A stretch of 64,000 nt of DNA from a virus: IMG/VR virus record IMGVR_UViG_3300042545_001167, positions 52,710 to 116,709 of that record; one strand, given 5' to 3'. Position numbers and translations under genes: made by a program. This document shows, in pieces, positions 56,047 to 64,000 of this stretch (position 1 is its first letter; every line of letters begins with the position of its first letter). The notes below the pieces were generated by a model. The model was not told the DNA's origin. It saw only the letters and a program-made list of their open reading frames with translations, and ran no database searches.

Positions 56047-57017
56047 ATTTTCTTCCAGGTAGTAAATTTAAGTTTTGCTTCTAAACCAGAGTAAGTATTT
56101 AATTCTATCACAGACTGCACATTCAGTCCAGCAATAACCATATCATTAATATCCTTCTCTTTTATTGAGGAAGGCCAGATTACAACTTTCTCTCCATTTG
56201 AAATACATTTTTCGATTCTGTTGTGGATTTCTCCATTACGTGGTTCGTTATCATAAATCCAAACGCGATTGCTAATACCCCACTTACCAACATCACCATC
56301 AGCTCCACAAAGAGCAATTGAGTTGCGAATGAAAGTTGAATCGAAGGGTCCTTCCGTGATGTAGACAGTTTCATTTTTTTGTACTTCATCGAGACCATAG
56401 ATTTTTGGTGCATCATCATTAATCATCACAGTGATATATTTAACCTTGCTTGGACCAAGGGATCTTCCTTGAAATCCAATAAGTGTATTTTGATAGAACA
56501 AAGGAATAATAATCCTTGGTTCATCATATTTCATACTATCAAATGTTTTCTTTAAAGAGTTGGACCACTCCTTAAATTTTTCAGTGTAATAGAATTTATT
56601 TGGATTTATTTTTCTTTTTACCAAATAATCATTAGCATCAGGATTTTCCGATGCTTTTGGTAAATCAAGTTTTGGTTTAAATATTGGAGTTTCGAAATTA
56701 AAGACGGGTTCTTCTGCAACAAAGTTTTTACCAGTTTTTCCCTCTTTAAATTTTTCAAACGTGTATTGTTTGTGAATTACTAAATCTATCTCTTTAAGAA
56801 AATTATTGAAAGAGATATTAACACCACAATTATGGCATTTATAATTTGTATTGTTTTTTACCTGATACAAATATCCCCTTGCTTTACTTTTGTTTCTCTG
56901 AGAATCTCCACAGATAGGACAGCGAAAGTTGTAGAGATTATTCTTTATCTTCTTGAACTTCTGAAAGCGAGAAGATATCAAATTGATGTACTTAACATCA
57001 ACAAAATCCATAATCAA
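56043..57017 (-). CDS. gp61: DNA primase gp61
   Basis: FRCPICGDS...CHNC, QGR, TEGPFDS, DNEPRN, KDINDM. Confidence 0.95.
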   Translation of the reverse strand: MIMDFVDVKYINLISSRFQKFKKIKNNLYNFRCPICGDSQRNKSKARGYLYQVKNNTNYKCHNCGVNISFNNFLKEIDLVIHKQYTFEKFKEGKTGKNFVAEEPVFNFETPIFKPKLDLPKASENPDANDYLVKRKINPNKFYYTEKFKEWSNSLKKTFDSMKYDEPRIIIPLFYQNTLIGFQGRSLGPSKVKYITVMINDDAPKIYGLDEVQKNETVYITEGPFDSTFIRNSIALCGADGDVGKWGISNRVWIYDNEPRNGEIHNRIEKCISNGEKVVIWPSSIKEKDINDMVIAGLNVQSVIELNTYSGLEAKLKFTTWKKI

Positions 57018-57177
57018 ATTTTAATCTGTTTACGTATTCTATCAGACTATCGTGCTTTGTCAAGGCAGAGGGAAGTCATTATTCCCGTCCATTTTATAAC
57101 AGAATTTGTTATTTTTTGTAGAGAATAAATGGACGGTTTCTTTTGTGTCTTCATGGCAGCAAGTGCCAAACTCAATA

Positions 57178-57594
57178 TTATTTATTTTTTTCAATCGTTA
57201 TTTGTTGAGAATTATCTGGGGTTAAAAAATCTATAACAACTCCAGACTGAGAAAATGCAAAAGTGCATACAGCAAAAATTCCAACTACAATCCAGCGATA
57301 TTTTATAATCTCTTCCAATTTTACTTCTATTTTATCAATTCTCTCAGATACTGCTACATGTTGGTCTCTATTTCCATCTTTTAATTCATTGAGCATTCGC
57401 GAAATCATATCATCAGTTTTTCCACATTGCTCTATTCTTTCATCATGAACGGCAAGCATTTTACTAATATTTTGACTCGTCTTACCCATTATCTGAATTG
57501 CTTCATCAATTTTTTTCATCATGATTTCATAAGAAGAAAGCCTTTCTTCCAAAACGGCAATTTTAGTATCTGCAGAAGTATTTTGATTGAACAT
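57178..57594 (-). CDS. Coiled-coil protein with C-terminal TM
   Basis: IAVLEER...MLAVHDERI; hydrophobic C-terminal segment. Confidence 0.6.
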   Translation of the reverse strand: MFNQNTSADTKIAVLEERLSSYEIMMKKIDEAIQIMGKTSQNISKMLAVHDERIEQCGKTDDMISRMLNELKDGNRDQHVAVSERIDKIEVKLEEIIKYRWIVVGIFAVCTFAFSQSGVVIDFLTPDNSQQITIEKNK

Positions 57595-57650
57595 TTTTTT
57601 GAAGTCTATTATTTCTTTATTACGAAACAAATACTTCAATAGATTTAATA

Positions 57651-57848
57651 TTATTTATTTGACCACCTTTTTCTGGAACCTGGTGCAAGTTTAATTTGAG
57701 GACCTTTTCTTTTTTTCAATCCCATAACAGGGTCAAATCCAGCAACAGGTCCTTTTGGATCTGCAGAACCAGTAAATCCACCAGCACCCGCTGCCATCAT
57801 TTCTTCTCTAACTATTGAAATAATCCAATCAAGTTTCTTGGGATCCAT
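57651..57848 (-). CDS. Small hypothetical protein
   Basis: VREEM...GPVAGFDPVM. Confidence 0.55.
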   Translation of the reverse strand: MDPKKLDWIISIVREEMMAAGAGGFTGSADPKGPVAGFDPVMGLKKRKGPQIKLAPGSRKRWSNK

Positions 57849-58221
57849 TGTAGATTTTATAAAGTTCGGAAAGACAATTAACATCCACTTTAATATCATG
57901 AATTGTAGATTTTGGATATTCTGGGAGTCTACCCAAAAATATAATAAAACTTTTCATAGCAGACCAAAGATCTTTTTCAATTTTAAAAAACAACATAGGA
58001 GTTGTTGCTTCTCCAAAAATATTATAAAGAACAATAAAGTGATTAAGAAGAAGGTGAGTTTTGAGCTCACCTGTATTCTTATACCGTTTCAAAAGTCTTT
58101 TGATATATTTAAAATGATTTAAATCTTTATCAAAATCTTCTCTAGTTACTGCTTGAGGGTTTTCATAATGTTTAATTGCAAACAAGAGAAAATTATCAGG
58201 ATTCAATTCATTAAAAATCAT
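57829..58221 (-). CDS. Conserved T4-like hypothetical protein
   Basis: FAIKHYENP...FKYIKRLL...LLNHFIVLYNIFG. Confidence 0.7.
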   Translation of the reverse strand: MIFNELNPDNFLLFAIKHYENPQAVTREDFDKDLNHFKYIKRLLKRYKNTGELKTHLLLNHFIVLYNIFGEATTPMLFFKIEKDLWSAMKSFIIFLGRLPEYPKSTIHDIKVDVNCLSELYKIYNGSQET

Positions 58222-58227
58222 ATATTA

Positions 58228-58989
58228 TCAAACTAATGGATTGCTGTCATACAGAGGAGTATTTCCAGTAGTGATTCCGGACATTGCAACAAGTGTCTCT
58301 TTCTTAACTCTCAGATTACCCTCTGCATCAATATAAGTTTGAATACCAACCCAACCCTCATGACTTAATTCATATGTGGTAGTTGCAGCAGAATCCATTC
58401 CACCTTCAGCAACACCGTAAATTGATGCTTCGTATCCACCAGTTACTCTTGTAAAATTTATAAGACTTCCAGAAGAAATTGCAGATGCAATTGTAGAAGC
58501 AAGGGAGACAGTTGTTGATGCAATAGAAGCAACAACCTTTGAGACCCCGCTACTAACTAAAGTATCTCCAACAATAATTCCCAAAGTACTAGCGATTGCA
58601 ACAATATTGGTTCCAATACCAGCAGTCAATGATGCAGATGTCGTAGCAATGAGTGAAGTTTCTGTTGAATCAGTAAAGAATTGCTGGTATCTCTTATCTT
58701 TAATTGTATATTTTGGAAGCTCACTAATATCAAATTGAACTCCAGAAATAGCAGCACCACTTAACCCACATGTTCTTCCAATAGAAAGTTGAGTTGTGCT
58801 TGCGATACCAACGATTACAGCATCTCCATAATAAGTACCAGTTCTGCTACCAAATCTAATTACATCACCAGTTGCAGCAGCACCTACTTGACCAAAAGTA
58901 GTTCCTGAACCAGTTACAACACCAGTAGCATAATCTAAAGATACTGTTCCAACGGAACCTTTAGCGTCATTATTTCCCCAGAGTGCCAT
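58228..58989 (-). CDS. Virion structural protein
   Basis: MALWG start; HEGWVG...RVKKETLVAM; late promoter TATAAATA upstream. Confidence 0.65.
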   Translation of the reverse strand: MALWGNNDAKGSVGTVSLDYATGVVTGSGTTFGQVGAAATGDVIRFGSRTGTYYGDAVIVGIASTTQLSIGRTCGLSGAAISGVQFDISELPKYTIKDKRYQQFFTDSTETSLIATTSASLTAGIGTNIVAIASTLGIIVGDTLVSSGVSKVVASIASTTVSLASTIASAISSGSLINFTRVTGGYEASIYGVAEGGMDSAATTTYELSHEGWVGIQTYIDAEGNLRVKKETLVAMSGITTGNTPLYDSNPLV

Positions 58990-59078
58990 GTTCTTTCTTC
59001 CGTAAAAGTTATTTGCTATAAGATATTTATAAAAAATAGAGACCCCAGAAAGAGGTCTCTATTGATATTTGATTTAAC

Positions 59079-59258
59079 TCAAGGAGTGATATCTGTAGCA
59101 CCTTTCTTCTTCAGTGCTGCTTGAGCCTGAATAAGAATAAGTGACAAAATACCATTAGCTTTGATTTTGGGGTTTGCTCCAAGTGTTTCCGAAACTGCAA
59201 AAAGAACAGTTGCGATAAGTGCTTGATTGGCAATTGCCCATGCGATTAATGCAGACAT
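59079..59258 (-). CDS. Small membrane protein
   Basis: Hydrophobic 59 aa, GGAGG RBS. Confidence 0.55.
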   Translation of the reverse strand: MSALIAWAIANQALIATVLFAVSETLGANPKIKANGILSLILIQAQAALKKKGATDITP

Positions 59259-59296
59259 AATAACCTCCATATGAAGAGTATCCTGTCCTATTTAGA

Positions 59297-61147
59297 TTAG
59301 TCAGCCTCTAAAGGCAGTCTTCCTTGTCTCTGAAGATTAAGTTTTTGTCTTTGAAGTTGTTGTTGCTTTTGTTGCACCATTTTCAAATTCGAATATTTTT
59401 GCTTTTCAATTGCAGTATCAAGTGGTTTTTCTTTTGGTTGTGGTTGAGTCTTTGGTTGCAGTTCCATTGCCTGCTCTGCAATTTTCTTTGCCATCTTTGT
59501 GGCGGTTGCATACATCACTTCCTTACCACGACCAGGATATCTCTTTTCAAAATCTGCCGACTTATCTTTCATCGACTTTACAATTCTTTCCTTTTCTTTA
59601 GTTTCAGCAGAACTTAATGTTTTTTCAGAAAGTTGAGTTTCTTCTTTAGTAACCGCTGCTTTTAGTTTATCAAGTGCATTCATTCTATAAGCGTCCTTTC
59701 CAGTTTTTTTCTTTATTTGTCTTGATGCTCTTTCTTCACCCTCTTCACGACCAAGAACTCTCATCTTTTCTCTATAAGTAGCAGTTCCTTTGTCCCATTT
59801 TTTATTTAAAACTTCCCTGTCTTTTTCTGCAGCATTTTTATATGCAAGCATCTTTCTTGTGGAAAGTTCATCAATTTGCTGAACTTGCTCACTTCTAATA
59901 TCAGCAAGCAAACTATCTAACTTTGATTTTTTCTTTTTCTTTGCAGTTGATGCTGCAGCAGGTGCTTTTGCTTTTGGTGCTGCTGCCTTTTTAGTTGTTG
60001 CTTTTGGTTTTGCAGGAGTTGTTGCACTACCTTCCCAAGGATCAGCAGGCTTTTCTGCTTTTGGTTTTGGTTTTGATTTTTGAGGAACTGTAGAACTTCC
60101 CTTCCAAGGATCAGCAGGTTTTTCTGCTTTCTTTTTGGTAGGTGGTGTATAAGAACCACTACTTACTCTTTCTTTTTGACCAGCACCTGCACCACGATAT
60201 GTTGATGGTTTTCTTTCTGCGGTGGTTGATTTTTTAGCACCACCTTCCACCTTACGAGCAACACCTAATGCACCTTTAGCAACCTTTCTTGCGCCAGTTG
60301 CTACTGCCTGTTTTGCTGCTGTTTTAGCACCACGAACTTTGCTAGAGAGTTTTTGTCTTGCAAGTCTTCCAACTGCTTTTAGAAGATTTCCACCCTTCTT
60401 TTTTGCTGTTGGAGTATCGTGACCAAAAGTAACTGTTGCTTCAGTTAGTGCATATTCGAGTGCTTCTTCAATATCATCTTCCTCATACCCTTCATCTAAA
60501 AGTTCATCATAAACACTTTCAACAATATAATCTACCTCATCAATCTCTACCATCTCAAGAAGAGTTCCACCCAATTCTTCAACTGTTTCTCCAAGATCAA
60601 GTTTTGGATTGATATTAACTTTATTATTAATTTGCTTTTCTACAATTTTTGGATTTCCACTTTTACCTTTAATTTTAACTTCACCAATTACCTCAAAAAG
60701 ATCTTCTCTCCAGTTAGAGAAACCTTCTTTCACTGCCTTTTTCTTTTTCTTAAACTTACCAGAAACTTCACCTTCCTCATATCCCTTTCCATCACCATCA
60801 TCATCCCACCATCTCTTAACTTCTTTTGCTTCTTTTTGTGTTGAGATTGATTGTGAGATTGCTTGTCTACGATTTAAAAGATATTGGTCTTTCTTGGTAT
60901 TCTTCTTACCATCATTATCAACATCAGCATCCTCTTTTCCTACGGGATCAAGTGCTTCAGTTTTAATACCTTTCTTTGCTCGAATTGCTGCTGCTTTTTC
61001 GAGTGTTCTTTTTCTTGCTGATTCACGCTCATCCTGAGGAATAGCAGTTACAGCACCAAGTTTCTCTGCAGGTTTTCCTGGAACTACAGACTCTGAAACC
61101 TGTTCCAAATAAATTTTGGAAATATCGTTAAGAGGATTCATTGACAT
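59297..61147 (-). CDS. Lys/Glu-rich protein, probable internal head protein
   Basis: 616 aa low complexity; LDPVGKEDADVDNDG, YATATKMA; many (I/L/V)xE possible prohead-protease sites. Confidence 0.55.
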   Translation of the reverse strand: MSMNPLNDISKIYLEQVSESVVPGKPAEKLGAVTAIPQDERESARKRTLEKAAAIRAKKGIKTEALDPVGKEDADVDNDGKKNTKKDQYLLNRRQAISQSISTQKEAKEVKRWWDDDGDGKGYEEGEVSGKFKKKKKAVKEGFSNWREDLFEVIGEVKIKGKSGNPKIVEKQINNKVNINPKLDLGETVEELGGTLLEMVEIDEVDYIVESVYDELLDEGYEEDDIEEALEYALTEATVTFGHDTPTAKKKGGNLLKAVGRLARQKLSSKVRGAKTAAKQAVATGARKVAKGALGVARKVEGGAKKSTTAERKPSTYRGAGAGQKERVSSGSYTPPTKKKAEKPADPWKGSSTVPQKSKPKPKAEKPADPWEGSATTPAKPKATTKKAAAPKAKAPAAASTAKKKKKSKLDSLLADIRSEQVQQIDELSTRKMLAYKNAAEKDREVLNKKWDKGTATYREKMRVLGREEGEERASRQIKKKTGKDAYRMNALDKLKAAVTKEETQLSEKTLSSAETKEKERIVKSMKDKSADFEKRYPGRGKEVMYATATKMAKKIAEQAMELQPKTQPQPKEKPLDTAIEKQKYSNLKMVQQKQQQLQRQKLNLQRQGRLPLEAD

Positions 61148-61148
61148 C

Positions 61149-62438
61149 TTAATAAGTACTTACTTTCTTTTCCTTATACTTATTTATGAAATTCAAGAAC
61201 GCTCTACCACCTTTTTGGAGGTTTTCTTTTCCTAGAGTGGATCCTGGAGTTTGTTGTACTGCATATTTTAAATATCCAGTAGTTCCAAGTAATGTATTTG
61301 GTTTTCCTGGTAATCTATATTTCCTATCCATCTTAACTTCAGTATATTCCATCACATCTTTAATCCAAGATTTAAACATTCTCCCCTCAGAGGTTAAACA
61401 AATTAAATGATTTGTTCCTCTACGCATAATTTTTCCAACCAATCCAGTATTTAAATTTTCTACAATATCACCAATCTTAAAAACTCTTCCTTTGATATAA
61501 TTTTCACGAAGAGTCTTTTGGTCATACTTTGGAGCAATCTCCCAGAGGCTATAACTTTCTTTTTTTACTTTAGATTTCTTTGTGCCCATTCCTTGACGAA
61601 CAGCATCAAAGAGTGCTTGAGTTTCTCCATCATCTAAAGACTTTGGAGTTCCTTTTCTAAAGGATTCGAAGTCATTATCCAATACTGCCTTTCTCATCTT
61701 AGATGCAGACATTCCCTCAATACCTTCTGCATCAGCATCACGAACTCCAGCAGATACTACGCGAATCAAATCAAACTGATAGAGATCGTCATTATACTTT
61801 TGTGCAAGATTCTCAAACTCAGATTGTCTATCAGATCCAACTACAATATTGACACTTGAATACCCATCTTTATCCGCATTCACGAGAACATCAAAGATAG
61901 ACCTCATATCAGGGTCATTAATAATCGTTTCCTCAAATTCAGGGAACATCTTTCTCATATAAGAAACTTTGGTATTTGGATCCAAAGGATTCTTTTTGGG
62001 GTCTTGAGTTCTTGATGGATAAATTTTAATATTACCGCCGGCAGAAATTCTCTTTGCAGACTTTAAGAGTTTTTCGTGTCCTACTGTTGGTGGATTAAAT
62101 CTACCAAACACTATTGTTAGAGTATCGCCATCTTCTGCTGCCGTATCTTCTGGAGCAGCTGCTGCCCCTCTTGGTGCTTGAGGAGCAGGTGCTGGTGCTG
62201 CTGCTTGGGGTTGTGGGGCGGCGGCAGGTGCTTGCTGTCTTCCTGCAGAGGGTTCTTCTGGTCCCTTTGCTTGACGACCATCAATATACTTAAGTTTTCC
62301 TTTATCAGTTCTCGCAACAAGTTTGCCAGAGCGATCTAACCAACCGCCGTGACCATCTCCGGTATATCCAAGTTTCTTCGCCTGCATTGCTGCTTGCGAC
62401 TGTGTTGCCTCTGATAAAAATCTAGAAAAACTCTTCAT
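61149..62438 (-). CDS. Cytidyltransferase-like (HxGH) nucleotidyltransferase
   Basis: FGRFNPPTVGHEKL, KNPL, VVGSDR, MSASKMR. Confidence 0.85.
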   Translation of the reverse strand: MKSFSRFLSEATQSQAAMQAKKLGYTGDGHGGWLDRSGKLVARTDKGKLKYIDGRQAKGPEEPSAGRQQAPAAAPQPQAAAPAPAPQAPRGAAAAPEDTAAEDGDTLTIVFGRFNPPTVGHEKLLKSAKRISAGGNIKIYPSRTQDPKKNPLDPNTKVSYMRKMFPEFEETIINDPDMRSIFDVLVNADKDGYSSVNIVVGSDRQSEFENLAQKYNDDLYQFDLIRVVSAGVRDADAEGIEGMSASKMRKAVLDNDFESFRKGTPKSLDDGETQALFDAVRQGMGTKKSKVKKESYSLWEIAPKYDQKTLRENYIKGRVFKIGDIVENLNTGLVGKIMRRGTNHLICLTSEGRMFKSWIKDVMEYTEVKMDRKYRLPGKPNTLLGTTGYLKYAVQQTPGSTLGKENLQKGGRAFLNFINKYKEKKVSTY

Positions 62439-62464
62439 ATTGTTTCTTTATATACCTTTATTTA

Positions 62465-63643
62465 TTATTTCTTGGAATATGCCAACTTACCAGTTTCAAT
62501 CATAATCTTTTCAACATACTGGCCAGATCCATCTTTATAATTTCTTCTTTTAAATCTAAACTTGAATAAAAAATTAGTTGCTTTTTCTCCTTCAGGAAGA
62601 ATTCTTATATCAGAGGCACTTTTCTGTGCTTTTAGTTTTACTGGTTTCCCAGCATTACCATATTTTCTATACGCTTTAAATTGTCCAGGTTCTATCTCCT
62701 TCACTTTTCCACCTGATGATGTCAAATCTATAACTTGAGCCATATCATCACCAAATATTGCCTCCTCTAAAAAATTAAATGCTCTATTGGTAAAATCAGA
62801 TCCAGATGCATTGGATAAATTTTCCCCAAGCAAATCAAACATAGCAGAAACATATTGAAGTTTTGCTTCCCCTTTTGCCTTAGCAATATCTTCCATTAAC
62901 TTTTTAGCCATAGATGATTTAGATTTTGGAGGTCCTATCACATCATACATTGATTGAAGTCCTTTTATAATACCAGCATTTTGTACTGTAGTAGAATCAC
63001 TTTTAACAGAAATATTAATTTGATCCCTCACAAGTTCCCTACCATTGGCAATTATCTTTACCATAATATCCGCTTTAATATTTCCATCTGCCTGTTCCCC
63101 AGTCACACCATCAGCAAGAACTTCATATCTAACTACATCTATATTTTTATTCAGCAAAAATCTCCTTTTTGCCTGTATAATCTTTCTAAACAAAATTGAT
63201 TTTTTAGATGCAATCATAGTATCAATTTTTTTCGCCAACTTACCATAATCTTTCTTTTGCTCGGCATACTTATCATATTCGTCACCAAATCCAGGATAAA
63301 CTTCTGCAGGTTTTAAATAAACTTCCAAAGCAACTTGAATAAAATCCGCAGGTTTTCCTTCCCTTTGTTGTATGATATATGGTTGCCCTTGTTTCATATT
63401 AGGATTGACTTTAGGATCACCAACAGCAATATCATATCCCAAATCATCATCTTTAGGAAATTCTTTTTTTATACCTATTCTCGGGTTTAATCCTTCTTTA
63501 AGAACAGTTTGCTTTCTAAATTTATCAATATTACCCTTTAATTCATTAATATTATTACCATCGTTTGGATCTGCAAGTATCATAGCAATATAAATTGCTA
63601 AAATACCCTCCATTATACTTCCTTCCTTTACACCAGAAGCCAT
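62465..63643 (-). CDS. Hypothetical protein, possible PD-(D/E)xK-like nuclease
   Basis: 392 aa; EG near N-terminus and KADI...ISVK; late promoter upstream. Confidence 0.45.
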   Translation of the reverse strand: MASGVKEGSIMEGILAIYIAMILADPNDGNNINELKGNIDKFRKQTVLKEGLNPRIGIKKEFPKDDDLGYDIAVGDPKVNPNMKQGQPYIIQQREGKPADFIQVALEVYLKPAEVYPGFGDEYDKYAEQKKDYGKLAKKIDTMIASKKSILFRKIIQAKRRFLLNKNIDVVRYEVLADGVTGEQADGNIKADIMVKIIANGRELVRDQINISVKSDSTTVQNAGIIKGLQSMYDVIGPPKSKSSMAKKLMEDIAKAKGEAKLQYVSAMFDLLGENLSNASGSDFTNRAFNFLEEAIFGDDMAQVIDLTSSGGKVKEIEPGQFKAYRKYGNAGKPVKLKAQKSASDIRILPEGEKATNFLFKFRFKRRNYKDGSGQYVEKIMIETGKLAYSKK

Positions 63644-63672
63644 ATCAGTAATACTTTTTTAAGTATTTAGAA

Positions 63673-63745
63673 TGGAGAATAGGAGACTCGAACTCCTGAC
63701 TTCCTGCTTGCAAAGCAGGCGCACTACCAACTGTGCTAATTCCCC
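63673..63745 (-). tRNA. tRNA-Ala (TGC)
   Basis: Cloverleaf, G3:U70, loop TTTGCAA. Confidence 0.93.
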
Positions 63746-63812
63746 GATTTAGATATTATAAAACCCCTCGACTAAAAAGTCAAGGGGTCAAATCAACCTT
63801 CTGACTTATTTA

Positions 63813-64000
63813 TCAGTCGTGCTCACCCATTGCCTTTTGCTTACGGAGTTTCTTGGGGTTCTTGGTTACTGATCCAGATCCATATGAAGTCTCCAAATCG
63901 AAGGCACGTTCAGACCTTCTTTCTGTTCTATCATCAGCAGTCATTTTACCTCTTCCATGATGAGGTCCACCTCTAAGAGATCTCCACATATGCTTCTCAG
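63813..64000 (-). CDS. C-terminal fragment of a basic hypothetical protein
   Basis: Open frame ending SVTKNPKKLRKQKAMGEHD*. Confidence 0.55.
   Translation of the reverse strand, partial: EKHMWRSLRGGPHHGRGKMTADDRTERRSERAFDLETSYGSGSVTKNPKKLRKQKAMGEHD

Noticed and set aside
46088-63745. Alternative genetic code or suppressor tRNA
   Set aside because: No CTA/TCA/TTA anticodons; core genes are full length under the standard code and use all three stops

Overview
64 kb of a T4-like cyanomyophage genome (Kyanoviridae-like; most genes on the - strand). In order it carries: a baseplate/tail module (gp5 start, CP12, hub/tape-measure-like proteins with muralytic domains, gp51, gp26, gp54-like, gp4, gp2, gp48, gp53); replication and late-transcription genes (gp32, gp59, gp33, exonuclease, phoH, thyX, speD, glutaredoxin); auxiliary metabolic genes (gnd, talC, psbD, psbA, two hli, peroxiredoxin, pstS, porin); a lysis region; a 13.5-kb glycan-synthesis island (GT25, GT6, GT11, gmd, fcl, C-methyltransferase, WavE-like and others); an array of 19 tRNAs (plus one more at 63.7 kb) interleaved with structured RNAs, Dps, a Phd-like protein and an HNH nuclease; nrdB, nrdA, primase; and late head-associated genes. 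Three observations stand out. (1) A 32-codon leader peptide using 19 of the 20 amino acids sits in a classical terminator/antiterminator attenuator directly upstream of the tRNA array, a candidate general tRNA-depletion sensor. (2) A textbook -1 frameshift signal (A AAA AAG plus an H-type pseudoknot) is the only evident way to express the complete GH24 lysozyme, as a fusion to a C39-like peptidase. (3) A T TTT TTC slippery site plus hairpin joins gp26 to gp51, as in G/GT tail chaperones. Family and RNA-motif names come from motif recognition by eye, not database searches.
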